Position numbers and translations under genes: made by a program. DNA of 62,705 bases from Myxococcota bacterium (GTDB lineage: Bacteria; Myxococcota_A; UBA9042; PHBI01; JAWLBL01): positions 1 to 62,705 of the forward strand of contig JAWLBL010000038.1 of the NCBI GenBank assembly GCA_041687695.1, in the 5' to 3' direction. The notes under the pieces were generated by a model that was not told the origin of the DNA, did not search any database, and worked only from the letters and a program-made list of their open reading frames with translations. Shown one piece after another: positions 21,129-31,556 of this stretch (position 1 is its first letter; each line of letters starts with the position of its first letter).

Positions 21129-22393
21129 CGCCCCCCGGCGCCCTGCCCCTGTACCTGCCCGACCTGCTCCCCACCCGGGCGCTCTCGGCCGAGCTCACCG
21201 GCGCCCGCCCCCTCCTCGACCGCATCGCCACCGACCTGGCCCTGCACGACGGCGCCGGCGCCCCCCAACACCACCTGGTCTTCGGCGGCCCCGGCCGCGG
21301 CAAGAGCGCCGCCCTCGCCCTCCTCGCCGCCCGCATCGCCTCCGATCTCTCCGCCACCTGGTTCCCCGTGCCACTGCACGCCGGCTGGCCCCGCGCCTCG
21401 ACCCTCTCCGGCTGGTGGCTCGCCGTCCTCGACGCCCTCGCCCAGGCCGTCCCCCCGTCGCTCGCCGCCCCGCTCCGCGACGCCCTCTCCGCCCTCCCCG
21501 ACGCCGAGGGCGACCGCTCCCACCAGGCCCTCCAGCTCCTCCGCGGCTGCGCCGACACCCTCGACCGCCGCCTCGTCCTCCTCCTCGACGACGCCGACGC
21601 CGTCCTCGGCCGCCTCTCCGCCCACCAGTGGGCTCTGCGCGAGGTCCTCTCCACCGAGCCCCGCCTCGCCCTCGTCGGCGCCAGCGCCACCCCCATGGAC
21701 CTCACCATCGACTACGGCGCCGCCTTCTACGACTTCTTCCAGACCCACGAGCTACCGCCGCTCACCCCAGCCGCCACCCTCGCCCTCGCCGCCCACCTCG
21801 CCCGCGCCCTCGGCCACGACGCCGCCGCCCAGACCCTCGCCACCCAGCCCCGCCGCGCCGAAGCCGTCTTCACGCTGCTCACCCCGACCCCGCGCCTCGC
21901 CGCCGCCTACGTCGCCGAGCTCGCCCTCGCCCCCGCCGGCGACGCCGCCACCGACGTCCTGCGCCTCCTCGACCGCGCCACCCCGACCTGCGCCGCCCGC
22001 CTGCGCGCCCTCCCCGAGCAGGCCCAGCAGGTCGTCGAAGGCCTCGCCGCCGCCTGGGACCCCTGCACCGCCGCCGATCTCGCCGCCACCCTGCGCCTGC
22101 CGGTCAACACCGTCTCGTCGCAGCTCAGCCGCCTCGCCCACCAGGGCCTCGTCGAGAAGGTCCCCCTCCCCCCCGGCGCCCGCCTCGGCTTCCTGCTCGC
22201 CGACCGCGACCTCGCCCTGTGGTACCTCGCCCTCTCGGGCGGCCCGCTCCGCCAACGCCTCTGCGCCCTCGCCCGCGCGCTCGAGCACGCCGAGCCCACG
22301 CCCGACCTGCCGCCCCCGTCCGACGACCTGGCCGTGGCTCGCCTCGCCCCCGAGCGCCGCCGCGCCGCCCGCCTCCTCAGCCGTCGCCCCTGA
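21125..22393 (+). CDS. Second ATPase-like protein with a C-terminal MarR/ArsR-like HTH
   Basis: GTGA overlap with the upstream gene; 'HHLVFGGPGRGKS', 'LLLDDAD', 'AFYDFF', 'NTVSSQLSRLAHQGLVEK'. Confidence 0.75.
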   Translation: MTPPGALPLYLPDLLPTRALSAELTGARPLLDRIATDLALHDGAGAPQHHLVFGGPGRGKSAALALLAARIASDLSATWFPVPLHAGWPRASTLSGWWLAVLDALAQAVPPSLAAPLRDALSALPDAEGDRSHQALQLLRGCADTLDRRLVLLLDDADAVLGRLSAHQWALREVLSTEPRLALVGASATPMDLTIDYGAAFYDFFQTHELPPLTPAATLALAAHLARALGHDAAAQTLATQPRRAEAVFTLLTPTPRLAAAYVAELALAPAGDAATDVLRLLDRATPTCAARLRALPEQAQQVVEGLAAAWDPCTAADLAATLRLPVNTVSSQLSRLAHQGLVEKVPLPPGARLGFLLADRDLALWYLALSGGPLRQRLCALARALEHAEPTPDLPPPSDDLAVARLAPERRRAARLLSRRP

Positions 22394-25300
22394 GCAGCCG
22401 CATCTCGTCCATCAGCGGCCCCGGCATCAAGAGCGGCATCAGCTGGTCGATGGCCGCCCGACACTCGCTCCGCCGGTTCGCCACCGCCAACGCCCGCACC
22501 CGACAGATCATCAGCTCGGGGTCCTGCGGCGCCAGCGCCAGCCCCGCCTCTGCCGCCGCGACCGCCCCCTCCGCGTCATCCAGCCGCTCGAGCCGCAGCC
22601 GCGCCTCCTCCAGCCGCGCCCGCGCCGCCGCCCGCTCCAGCGGCCGCGCCTCGAACGCCTCCTCGGCCGCCTCCTGCGCCCGCTCGGCCCGCCGCCCCCA
22701 CAGCGCCGCCAACTCCGCGTGCCGTCCCTCGCGTCCGTAGAACCCCGCCAGCCGCTGCATCACCGCGTCGTCCAGCGGCTGCCAGTCCAGGTACCGCGCC
22801 CACACCTCGGCCGCGCCCTCCACGTCGCCCAGCCCGTCCGCCAGCACCTCGCCCCGCTCGCGCAGGTACGCCAGCGTCTGCTCGGCATCGAACGCCAGGT
22901 CCGCCAGCCGCCCCAGCGCCCGCTCCAGCGCCTCGAACTCGCCCTGCTCGCGCAGCCCCTCCGCCAGCAGCTCCAGCGCCGGCACGCAGTCCCCGTCGAT
23001 GCCCAGCGCCCGCTCCAGCGCCGCCCGCGCCGCCGGCCACGCCCCCGCAAACAGGTGCTCGGCCGCCTCGCCCAGCAGCCGCTGCAGCTCGTCGCCCTCG
23101 TCCACCCGCGCCGCCACCGGCTGCGGCAACGCCTCCTCCGCCTCGCGCCGCCCCTCGCGCGCTGCCGGCGCCTCGACCGCCGCCGGCGGTGCCTCGACCG
23201 CCTTCGCCACCGCCGGCGCCGCCGCCGCCGCCGGACGCGGCCCCTCCAAGGCCGCCAACATCGCCGCCCACCGCCGCCGCCGCGCCTCGTGCCCGGCCGG
23301 CGTCTGGGCGACCAGCTCCTCGAGCAGCGCCCGCCGCGCCGACCGGCTGACCATCAGCTCCAGCAGCGTGTCCGCCACCTCCAGCGCCCGCTCGACGTCC
23401 CCGGCCTCGACCGCCAGCAGCCGCGCCAGCTCGAGCCCCGGCAGATGCAGCGGCTCCGCCTCGAACAGCCGCTCCAGCCGCTCCAGCGCGCCCGCGACGT
23501 CGCCCCGGTCCGCCCGGGCCAGGGCCTCGTCGTACGCCGACTCGGGCCGCCCCGCCGCCACCACGACCTCGGCCTTCGGCGCGGGCGCCGTCGGCCTCAC
23601 CTCGGCCTGCACGCCCCCCGCCGCCGGCTCGGGCGCCAGCAACCCCAACCGCTGCTTGAGGTCCCGAACCCGCCCGCCGCCCTGCTCCGACGCCGGCAGC
23701 CGCGCCAGGGTCGCCCGCGCCTGCCCCGGCGCCCCCAGCGCGTCCAGCTGCACCTCGGCCAGCCGCAGCCGCGCCGCGAACCGCACCCGCTCGTCCGGAT
23801 GGATCGCCTCCAGCCGCTGCAGCACCGGCGCCAGCGCCGCCCCGTCTCCCAGCGCCTCCAGCGCGTCCCGCAGCAGCTCCAGCCCCTCGATCCGCCGCGG
23901 CGCCAGCCTCACCGCCTCCTCCAGCGGCCCCCGCGCCTCGTCCGCCGCCCCCAGCTCGCGCAGCGCCGCCCGCCCGAGCCGCACCAGCAGCGGCACCCGC
24001 TCGCCCGGGTCGCTCACCCGCCCCAGCGCCGCCCGACACAGCGTCTGGTGCTCGGGCCACATCCCGAACCGCCCGTACAGCTCCAGCAGCCGCTGCCCGA
24101 CCCCCTCGGCCAGCGGCGCCCCCGGCGCCTCGCGCAGCACCTGCTCGTACGGCCCGATGGCGTCCCAGTCCAGCTCGAGCGCCTCGTAGACCCGCGCCAG
24201 GCTCCGCGCCAGCCGCGCCCGCTCCGCCCCCGCCGACGCGCGCTCCAGCGCCTCCCGCAGCACGGTCAGCAGCCGCTCGCGCCCGCCCACGTCGGTCGCG
24301 CACTGCTCCAGCAGCTCCAGCGCCTCGCCGTCCCCCGGGCTGCGCTCGATGACCTCCAGCGCCGTCGCCCACGCCCGCTCGCGCGCCCCGCGCAGCAGCC
24401 ACGCCCGCGCCCGCAGGCACGCCGCCCGCGGCCACAGCGGGCTCTTGTGCCCGATCCGCTCGCCGTACCGGTCCGCCAGCTCGGCCTCGCCCGCCGCGAT
24501 CGCCTGCCGCGCCAGCTCCAGCGCCGCCTCGTCCCCCAGCCCGACCACGTCGACCGCGCGCCACAGCACCCGCCGCGCCCGCACCGGGTCCCGCAGCGGC
24601 CCCAGCGCCAGCGCCGCCAGCCGCGACACGATGCGCATCATCAGGTCGCCGTCGGTCGGCGGCACCACCCTCAGCGCCGTCTCGAGCAGCCGCACCGCCT
24701 CGGCGACGTTGCCCTGCTGCGTCTCGACATCCGACAGCGCCAGCTGCGCGTCGAGATCCGCCGGCGACGCCTCTAGCACCACCCTCAAGAAGACCCGCGC
24801 CTCCTCGGGCTGCTTGCGCTCCAGCGCATGCCGCGCCAGCCGCAACCCGGCGTCCCGCGTCCGCTCGCCGCTCCGCGCCGCGAACAGCAGCCGCTTGTAC
24901 AGGGGCAGCGTCGCCGCCGTGTCCCCCGCGTCCTCGGCCAGCGCGATCAGCGCCTCCAGCGCCTCCTCGTGGTCCGGCGACCGGTCCAGCACGCGCTCCA
25001 GCGCCAGCCGCGCCTCCTCGGCATCGACCCCGCGCAGGCTCTCGGCCAGCGTGAGATCGGCGCACGTCGCGTCCTCGCGCTCCGACGGCGCCCCCAGCGC
25101 CGCGCTCAGCCGCTCGAGCTGGACGGCCGCCTCCTCGGGCCTCCCCCGCCCCAGCGCGATGGCCGCCAGCCCACACAGCGCCGGCGCGTAGGTCGGCGCC
25201 TGCGCCAGCAGCGCCCGGCAGACCTTGTCGCCCTCGTCGTACAGGATCGGCCGCGCCGCGCAGATCCCGATCAGCCGCTCGGCCAAAAAACCCGGCCGCG

Positions 25301-26195
25301 GCGGCCCGTCCAGCGCCCGATACACCTCGGCCAGCGCCTCGCGCACCTGCCCGGCCTCCAGCAGCCGGTCGATCTGCCCGTGGTGCCGCTTCAGCTCGAG
25401 GTCCTCGACGAACCGCTCGAACGCCCCCCGCAGCGCCCCGTCCGGCATGGCGTCCAGCGTCACCAGTGGCCCGACCAGATCCGTCGACGCGAACCTCGCC
25501 ACGAGGCGCCCGTCGCGCAGCTCGACCCCGACCGGCCGCAGCCGCGACAGATCCGGCAGCTTCCACCCCAGCGCCGACAGCGCCCACATCAGCGCCGGCC
25601 GCGTCAGCCGCAGCCGCGCCGTCGTCAACGAGCGCTCGGCGACCAGCCGCTCGGGCAACAGATCCAGGATCCGCCGGCACACCAGCGGCCACGGCTCGTC
25701 GTGCCGTCCGTACACTCGCACGTCGTACAGGCTCAGCACCAACAGCGGCTCGTCCGGCGCCTCGGCCCCGCGCGCCCCCGCGTCCTCGCCGTCGTCCGGG
25801 AAGAAGCGCGCCCGCACCGTGAACCGTGGCCCCGCGTCCAGCCGCCCGCTCAAGACCAGCATGTCGTCGAAGGCCCGCCCCGTCAGGCGCCCGCCCGACG
25901 CGCGGTGCAGCCAGTCCAGCAGCACCCGCGCCTCGACCGCGATGGTCAGCCCGTCGGCCTGGCCGCGGTGGTGCCGAAACCGCGCGACCCCTTCTCGGAA
26001 GTCGAACGGGAACCCGACGTGCGGCAGCTGCACGACCAGCTCGTGCACGACCGCGCCCTCGGGCAGCCGCGCGCCCTGCAGCACGATCGAGACGCGGCCG
26101 CCGTCGATGCGCAGGCCCCAGACCGGGCCGTGCAGCGCCGTCGGCTCGCGCCCCCACTCTCCCCCGGGCGTGACCGTGACGAGCTGCGGAGCCAT
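22377..26195 (-). CDS. Large TPR-repeat protein
   Basis: ATG at 26195; many TPR-like repeats (e.g. 'ALERVLDRSPDHEEALEAL', 'LEEAVRLAPRRIEGLELL'). Confidence 0.8.
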   Translation of the reverse strand: MAPQLVTVTPGGEWGREPTALHGPVWGLRIDGGRVSIVLQGARLPEGAVVHELVVQLPHVGFPFDFREGVARFRHHRGQADGLTIAVEARVLLDWLHRASGGRLTGRAFDDMLVLSGRLDAGPRFTVRARFFPDDGEDAGARGAEAPDEPLLVLSLYDVRVYGRHDEPWPLVCRRILDLLPERLVAERSLTTARLRLTRPALMWALSALGWKLPDLSRLRPVGVELRDGRLVARFASTDLVGPLVTLDAMPDGALRGAFERFVEDLELKRHHGQIDRLLEAGQVREALAEVYRALDGPPRPGFLAERLIGICAARPILYDEGDKVCRALLAQAPTYAPALCGLAAIALGRGRPEEAAVQLERLSAALGAPSEREDATCADLTLAESLRGVDAEEARLALERVLDRSPDHEEALEALIALAEDAGDTAATLPLYKRLLFAARSGERTRDAGLRLARHALERKQPEEARVFLRVVLEASPADLDAQLALSDVETQQGNVAEAVRLLETALRVVPPTDGDLMMRIVSRLAALALGPLRDPVRARRVLWRAVDVVGLGDEAALELARQAIAAGEAELADRYGERIGHKSPLWPRAACLRARAWLLRGARERAWATALEVIERSPGDGEALELLEQCATDVGGRERLLTVLREALERASAGAERARLARSLARVYEALELDWDAIGPYEQVLREAPGAPLAEGVGQRLLELYGRFGMWPEHQTLCRAALGRVSDPGERVPLLVRLGRAALRELGAADEARGPLEEAVRLAPRRIEGLELLRDALEALGDGAALAPVLQRLEAIHPDERVRFAARLRLAEVQLDALGAPGQARATLARLPASEQGGGRVRDLKQRLGLLAPEPAAGGVQAEVRPTAPAPKAEVVVAAGRPESAYDEALARADRGDVAGALERLERLFEAEPLHLPGLELARLLAVEAGDVERALEVADTLLELMVSRSARRALLEELVAQTPAGHEARRRRWAAMLAALEGPRPAAAAAPAVAKAVEAPPAAVEAPAAREGRREAEEALPQPVAARVDEGDELQRLLGEAAEHLFAGAWPAARAALERALGIDGDCVPALELLAEGLREQGEFEALERALGRLADLAFDAEQTLAYLRERGEVLADGLGDVEGAAEVWARYLDWQPLDDAVMQRLAGFYGREGRHAELAALWGRRAERAQEAAEEAFEARPLERAAARARLEEARLRLERLDDAEGAVAAAEAGLALAPQDPELMICRVRALAVANRRSECRAAIDQLMPLLMPGPLMDEMRLLRGDG

Positions 26196-26393
26196 GGCAG
26201 CCCTTGTAGCGCGCCCGCGCCGTCGCCAGCAAGCCGCGTGCAGTGGCATCCCCCCACGGCTCCCAATGACGCGCCGCCGGCCCCCCGCGGCGGCGTCACC
26301 CCGCTTACGGCCTGCCGCTAGGGGCGCCCGCGCGGCCCCTGCTAACTTGGCCAAACAGGCATTCGGGCCCCACGGCCCCGGCGAGAGGTGACC

Positions 26394-27311
26394 ATGAACG
26401 GCGGCTCCCACAGCTCCGAGACGGCCCTCCCGACCCTGACCCCGCCGACCGCGCCGCCGCGGACCGTCAGCCCTCCGGCCGACGACCCGCCGCCGCGCCT
26501 GTCCGCCGGGCAGCGTCGGCTTCTCTTCGCGTTGATGGTCCCGGGCGGGCCGCAGCCGCTCCCCGACGACGCCTTCGACGTCGACCCGGCCCCCGTCATC
26601 GCCGCGGCCGCCCGCGCCGGCCTCATCGTTGGCGTCGCCCGCAACGCCCGCGTCGCCGGCCTGCAGCGCCTGGCCATCGACGCCACCCCGGCGTCGCACC
26701 GCCAGCGCTTCGAGGCCCGCGCCCACCTGCGCGTCGCCGTCGACGCCGCCCAACGCCTGCGCGACGCCACCGGCTCTCCGCCCCTCGCCCTCGGCGCCCT
26801 CGCCGCCGCCCACCGCCTGTACGCCGCCCCCGAAGAGCGCCTCGCCCGGCCGCTCCGGTTCCTGGTCCCTGAGAGCGCCGCCGCCCGGGCCCGCCGAGCC
26901 GTCCGCGACCTGCCCGGCGTCCGCGTCGCGACCGCCATCCTCGACAGCGACGCCTGCCCGCAGGCCACCGACGCCGTCTGGCTCCGCGCCGCACCCGCCG
27001 ACCCCACCGACGGCCGCCCCTGGCGCCAGCCGTCCCTCGAGGATCTGGCCCTCACCTCGGCCCTCCTCCTCGACGGCGCCGCCCCCATGGAGCGCCTCGG
27101 CCTGCTGACCGACCTCGCCCTCGCCGCCCGCGACCCCGGCCTGCACCTGCCCAGCCTGGCCCAGCGCGCGACGCTCTGGGGCGTCCGCGACCACGTCTGG
27201 CGGGCCCTCATCGAGCTGCGCGAGCGCCTGAACGTCCCGCTCACCGACGATCTGCTCCAGCGGGTCCGCCCCAGCGCCTGGGCCCGCCTCGTGCGCCTGC
27301 TCTTCGCCTGA
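26394..27311 (+). CDS. Divergent nucleotidyltransferase-family (NTP_transf_5-like) protein
   Basis: 'LGALAAAHRLYAAPEERLARPLRFLV' aligns with KG..LA...Y.....R...DIDLLV but lacks the acidic residues; also 'LLTDLAL'. Confidence 0.5.
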   Translation: MNGGSHSSETALPTLTPPTAPPRTVSPPADDPPPRLSAGQRRLLFALMVPGGPQPLPDDAFDVDPAPVIAAAARAGLIVGVARNARVAGLQRLAIDATPASHRQRFEARAHLRVAVDAAQRLRDATGSPPLALGALAAAHRLYAAPEERLARPLRFLVPESAAARARRAVRDLPGVRVATAILDSDACPQATDAVWLRAAPADPTDGRPWRQPSLEDLALTSALLLDGAAPMERLGLLTDLALAARDPGLHLPSLAQRATLWGVRDHVWRALIELRERLNVPLTDDLLQRVRPSAWARLVRLLFA

Positions 27312-27377
27312 CGGGTTCGGCCGCGCCCCGCAACCCACGCCCCTCCGCCAGCCTCGCGCCCGCCCGGCGACGGTGTT

Positions 27378-28436
27378 ATGGTCCGCGCCATGCAGCGACC
27401 CCGCATCGCGGTCATCGGCGCCGGCTACTGGGGCCAGAACCTCGTTAGAAACCTCGGCCAGCTCGAGCACCTCGGCGCCGTGTGCGACGCGTCCCCCGAG
27501 GTCCGCCAGCGCATGGGCCGCGCCTGGCCGGGCGTGCCGGTCACCGACGACCTCGACGCCGTCCTGGGCGACCCCGACATCGCCGGCGTGATGATCGCCG
27601 TGCCGGCCGCCCAGCACCACGAGGTCGCGCGCCGCGCGCTGCTCGCGGGCAAGCACACCTACGTCGAAAAGCCCCTGGCCCTCACGGTCCCCGACGGCCA
27701 GGACCTCGTGCGCCTCGCCGACGAGCGCGGCCTCGCGCTGATGGTCGGGCACCTCCTGCTCTACCACCCGTGCACCGAGTGGCTCAAGGCGGCCATCGAC
27801 CGCGGCGACCTCGGCCAGGTCCTGTACCTGACCTCGCAGCGCGTCAACCTGGGCAAGGTCCGCACCGACGAGAACGCGATGTGGTCGCTCGCGCCCCACG
27901 ACGTCTCGATGGCGCTGCACCTCGTCGGCCAGGCGCCGGTCTCGGTCGCCGCCCAGGGCCTGACCTACCTGCAGCCCCGCGCGGGCATCGAGGACGTCGT
28001 CTTCTTGACGCTGCGCTTCGCCGGCGGGCAGGCGGCCCACGTGCACGTCTCGTGGCTCGACCCCCACAAGCGCCGCCAGCTCACCGTCGTCGGCACCCGC
28101 AAGATGGTGACCTTCGACGACATGGAGCCCGCCGAGAAGATCCGCGTCTTCGACAAGGGCGTCGACGGCGTCGCTCCGGGTGAGGCCCAGCCCTACGAGT
28201 CCTACGGCGATCTGCTGACCCTGCGCGACGGCGACATCCTCATCCCGCAGATCAAGATGCGAGAGCCGCTCCGCGCCCTGTGCCAGCACTTCGTCCAGGT
28301 CGCCGCCGGGCAGACCGCCCCGCGCACCGACGGCCGCGACGGACTCGCCGTCCTGCAGGTCCTGGCGGCCGCGCAGCGCTCGCTCGAGCTCGGCGGCGCC
28401 CCGGTCGCCCTGGCCCCCGACGAGGCCGCGGCATGA
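27378..28436 (+). CDS. Gfo/Idh/MocA oxidoreductase, WbpB/WlbA-like
   Basis: 'IAVIGAGYWG', 'YVEKPLA', 'LMVGH', 'SLAPHD'. Confidence 0.85.
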   Translation: MVRAMQRPRIAVIGAGYWGQNLVRNLGQLEHLGAVCDASPEVRQRMGRAWPGVPVTDDLDAVLGDPDIAGVMIAVPAAQHHEVARRALLAGKHTYVEKPLALTVPDGQDLVRLADERGLALMVGHLLLYHPCTEWLKAAIDRGDLGQVLYLTSQRVNLGKVRTDENAMWSLAPHDVSMALHLVGQAPVSVAAQGLTYLQPRAGIEDVVFLTLRFAGGQAAHVHVSWLDPHKRRQLTVVGTRKMVTFDDMEPAEKIRVFDKGVDGVAPGEAQPYESYGDLLTLRDGDILIPQIKMREPLRALCQHFVQVAAGQTAPRTDGRDGLAVLQVLAAAQRSLELGGAPVALAPDEAAA

Positions 28437-29032
28437 GTGGCCCCGCCCCGGACGTCTTCGTCCACCCGACCGCCGTGGTCGACCCGCCGGCCTCCCTGGG
28501 CCCCGGCACGCGCGTGTGGCACTTCTGCCACGTCATGGCCGGCGCCGTCCTGGGCGCCCGCTGCAACCTCGGCCAGAACGTCTTCGTCGCCGGCACGGTC
28601 CGCCTCGGCGACGACTGCAAGGTCCAGAACAACGTCAGCCTCTACGACGGCGTCGAGTGCGGCGACCAGGTCTTCCTGGGCCCGTCCTGCGTCTTCACGA
28701 ACGTCTCGACCCCGCGCAGCGCCGTCAACCGCCGCGGCGCCTACGAGCGCACCGTCCTCGGGCGTGGCGTCACCGTCGGCGCCAACGCCACCATCGTCTG
28801 CGGCGTCACCATCGGCGACCACGCCTTCATCGCCGCTGGCGCCGTCGTCACCCGCGACGTCCCGCCGCACGCCCTCGTCATGGGCGTCCCGGGCCGCGTC
28901 CGCGGCTGGGCCTGTCGCTGCGGCGCCACGCTCGAGACCCACGCCAGCACCGCCTGGTGCCCCGACTGCGGGGCCACCTACGCCCGCGCCTTCGACGGCG
29001 CCGTCCTCCCCACCGCACCCTCAGGAGCCTGA
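28433..29032 (+). CDS. Hexapeptide-repeat N-acetyltransferase, WbpD/WlbB-like
   Basis: 'VWHFCHV', 'KVQNNVSLYDGV', 'GPSCVFTN', C-terminal CxCG...CPxCG. Confidence 0.88.
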   Translation: MSGPAPDVFVHPTAVVDPPASLGPGTRVWHFCHVMAGAVLGARCNLGQNVFVAGTVRLGDDCKVQNNVSLYDGVECGDQVFLGPSCVFTNVSTPRSAVNRRGAYERTVLGRGVTVGANATIVCGVTIGDHAFIAAGAVVTRDVPPHALVMGVPGRVRGWACRCGATLETHASTAWCPDCGATYARAFDGAVLPTAPSGA

Positions 29033-29033
29033 G

Positions 29034-30173
29034 TTGGCATCGCGCGCCGCCAAGACGCCCGTCCCCTTCGTCGACCTCGCGTTCATCCACGCGCCCATCC
29101 AGGACCGGATGCTCAACGCCATCGCCGAGGTCGTGCGCAAGGACGCCTACATCCTCGGCCCCGAGGTCGACGCCTTCGAGGCCGAGATCGCCGCCTTCCT
29201 CGGCGTCCGCCACGCCATCGGCGTCTCGTCCGGCACCGACGCCCTGCTCGTCTCGCTCATGGCCCTCGACGTCGGCCCCGGGGACGAGGTCATCACCTCG
29301 CCCTACAGCTTCGTCGCCTCGGCCAACGTCATCAGCCGCCTCGGCGCCCGCCCGGTCTTCGTCGACATCGAGCCCGACTCCTTCAACCTCGACCCGACCC
29401 TGCTCGAGCCGGCCATCACGGCCCACACCAAGGGCATCCTGGTCCCCCACCTCTTCGGGCGCCCGGCCGACCTCACCGCCATCTCCGCCGTCGCCCGCCG
29501 CCACGACCTGTTCGTCCTCGAGGACGCCGCCCAGGCCATCGGCGCCGAGTGGCAGGGCCAGCGGGTCGGCGGCCTCGGCACCCTCGGCGCCTTCTCGTTC
29601 TTCCCCGCCAAGAACCTCGGCGCCCTCGGCGACGGCGGCCTGGTCACCACCCAGGACACCGATCTCGCCGAGCAGGTCCGCATGCTGCGCGCCCACGGCT
29701 CCAAGCGCCGCTACATGCACCTCGCCATCGGCGGCAACTTCCGCCTCGACGCCCTCCAGGCCGCCGTCCTCCGCGTCAAGCTGCCCGAGCTCGAGGGCTG
29801 GACCGAGGCCCGCCAGGACGCCGCGCGCCGCTACGAGGACCTCTTCGCCGCCCGCGGCCTCCACGACCTCGTCCACCTGCCGCCCAACGGCCCGGGCCGC
29901 CACGTCTGGAACCAGTACGTCATCCGCGTCGCGGCCGCCCGCCGCGCCGACGTCTTCGACGCCCTGGGGGCCGCCGACATCGGCCGCGCGGTCTACTACC
30001 CCATCCCGCTGCACCTGCAGCCCTGCTTCGAGCCCCTCGGCTACCAGCCGGGCGACCTGCCCGAGGCCGAGCGCGCCGCCACCGAGACCCTGGCCATCCC
30101 GGTGGCCCCCGGCCTCACCCCGGCGCAGCAGGAGGTCGTGGTCGAGGCCATCGCCCAGGCGCTGGGGCGGTGA
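29034..30173 (+). CDS. DegT/DnrJ/EryC1/StrS aminotransferase, WbpE/WlbC-like
   Basis: TTG start after AGGAG; 'SSGTDAL', 'EDAAQAIG', 'SFFPAKNLGALGDGG', 'YYPIPLHLQ'. Confidence 0.9.
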   Translation: MASRAAKTPVPFVDLAFIHAPIQDRMLNAIAEVVRKDAYILGPEVDAFEAEIAAFLGVRHAIGVSSGTDALLVSLMALDVGPGDEVITSPYSFVASANVISRLGARPVFVDIEPDSFNLDPTLLEPAITAHTKGILVPHLFGRPADLTAISAVARRHDLFVLEDAAQAIGAEWQGQRVGGLGTLGAFSFFPAKNLGALGDGGLVTTQDTDLAEQVRMLRAHGSKRRYMHLAIGGNFRLDALQAAVLRVKLPELEGWTEARQDAARRYEDLFAARGLHDLVHLPPNGPGRHVWNQYVIRVAAARRADVFDALGAADIGRAVYYPIPLHLQPCFEPLGYQPGDLPEAERAATETLAIPVAPGLTPAQQEVVVEAIAQALGR

Positions 30174-31537
30174 ACGGCGTGAGGCCCACCCGCGCCGCCG
30201 CCGCCACGCTGGTGGGCCTCGTCGCCCTGGCCAGCGCCGCCGCGTCCCCCGCTCGGGCCTCGCTCTTCGACACCTACGGGTACGGCTCGCGCGGCACCAG
30301 CCTCGGCGGCGCCATGGTCGCCCTCAGCCGCGCCTTCGACGCGGTCTACTACAACCCGGCCAACCTGCTGTCGACCCGCATCAACCACATCGGGATGGGG
30401 CTCAACCTCATCGCCCCAGACGTGACCATCGAGCGGCTCGACGGCGACGGCGACCTGGGCGCGCTCGACGCCGGCAGCAACCTGGGGTTCCACCTCGGGC
30501 TGGCCACCCCGGTCGGCGGCCTCTTCGAGAACAAGGTCGCCATCGGCCTCGCCCTGTTCCAGCCGCTGCTGCGCTTCACCCGCGTCGAGAGCATCGACCC
30601 GTCGGTGCCGTACCTGTACCGCTACCACAACCTGCCGGACAAGCTGATCATCGCCGCCGCCGCCGCCTTCGAGCCGGTCTCGTGGCTGCGGGTCGGCCTC
30701 GGCGCCCAGGTCCTGGCCGAGCTCGACGGCCGCGTCGACGCCAGCCTCTCGCTGTCCGAGCGCCGCATCACGCGCGAGAACATCGACATCGAGCTGACCG
30801 CCGAGGTCGCGCCCACGGTGGGCGTCGCCATCGGCCCGGTCCGGGGCTTTCGCCTCGGGCTCACCTACCGCGGCGCCCTCGAGCTCGGCTACCGCGTCCC
30901 CATCGAGATCCTGGTCGAGGAGATCGGCGACCTCAGCGTGTACGTCGAGGGCGTCAGCCTCTACACCCCCGACCAGCTGGCCCTCGGCGTCAGCTACGAG
31001 ACCGCCCCCGAGACCGAGGCCGGCCTGTCGGTCGAGGCCGGCTTCACCTTCGAGCGCTGGAGCGCGGCGCCTCCCGCCGGCGCCCGCTTCCGCCTGGCCA
31101 TCGACGACTCGGTCCTGCGCGCCGACGAGCACGCCGCCGGCCGCGAGGTCCACAACCTCATCGAGTCGAACCAGGACCCGGTCCCCCTCGAGGGCCGCGA
31201 CACCCTGACCCCGCGCCTGGGCCTCGAGTGGCGCCCCACCGCCGACTTCGCGGTCCGCGGCGGCTACTTCTATCGCCCCACGCCCCTGCCGCGCCCGACC
31301 CAGACCGCCAACACCCTCGACGCGACCGCCCACGGCCTCAGCCTCGGCGGCGGCTTCGCCTTCCGCGACCCCACCCGCGTCCACCGCACCCCGCTCATCA
31401 TCGACTTCGGCGCTCAGCTGACCCTGGTCACCGACCGCCTCGTCCCCAAGGCCGACGGCGCGGCCCCCGGCGGCACCTACTGGCTCGGCGGCCCCATCTG
31501 GAACCTCCAGGCCAACATCCGCCACGAGTTCTACTGA
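30170..31537 (+). CDS. OmpP1/FadL-family outer-membrane transporter
   Basis: Signal peptide; 'GSRGTSLGGA..A....AVYYNPANL' hatch motif; amphipathic beta strands; C-terminal aromatic residue. Confidence 0.75.
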   Translation: MNGVRPTRAAAATLVGLVALASAAASPARASLFDTYGYGSRGTSLGGAMVALSRAFDAVYYNPANLLSTRINHIGMGLNLIAPDVTIERLDGDGDLGALDAGSNLGFHLGLATPVGGLFENKVAIGLALFQPLLRFTRVESIDPSVPYLYRYHNLPDKLIIAAAAAFEPVSWLRVGLGAQVLAELDGRVDASLSLSERRITRENIDIELTAEVAPTVGVAIGPVRGFRLGLTYRGALELGYRVPIEILVEEIGDLSVYVEGVSLYTPDQLALGVSYETAPETEAGLSVEAGFTFERWSAAPPAGARFRLAIDDSVLRADEHAAGREVHNLIESNQDPVPLEGRDTLTPRLGLEWRPTADFAVRGGYFYRPTPLPRPTQTANTLDATAHGLSLGGGFAFRDPTRVHRTPLIIDFGAQLTLVTDRLVPKADGAAPGGTYWLGGPIWNLQANIRHEFY

Positions 31538-31556
31538 CCGCCGCGCGCCCGCGCCC

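Noticed and set aside
26196..28289. N-terminal extension making the TPR protein 1970 aa
   Set aside because: It lies antisense to the plus-strand genes at 26394-28436; ATG 26195 is the plausible start.
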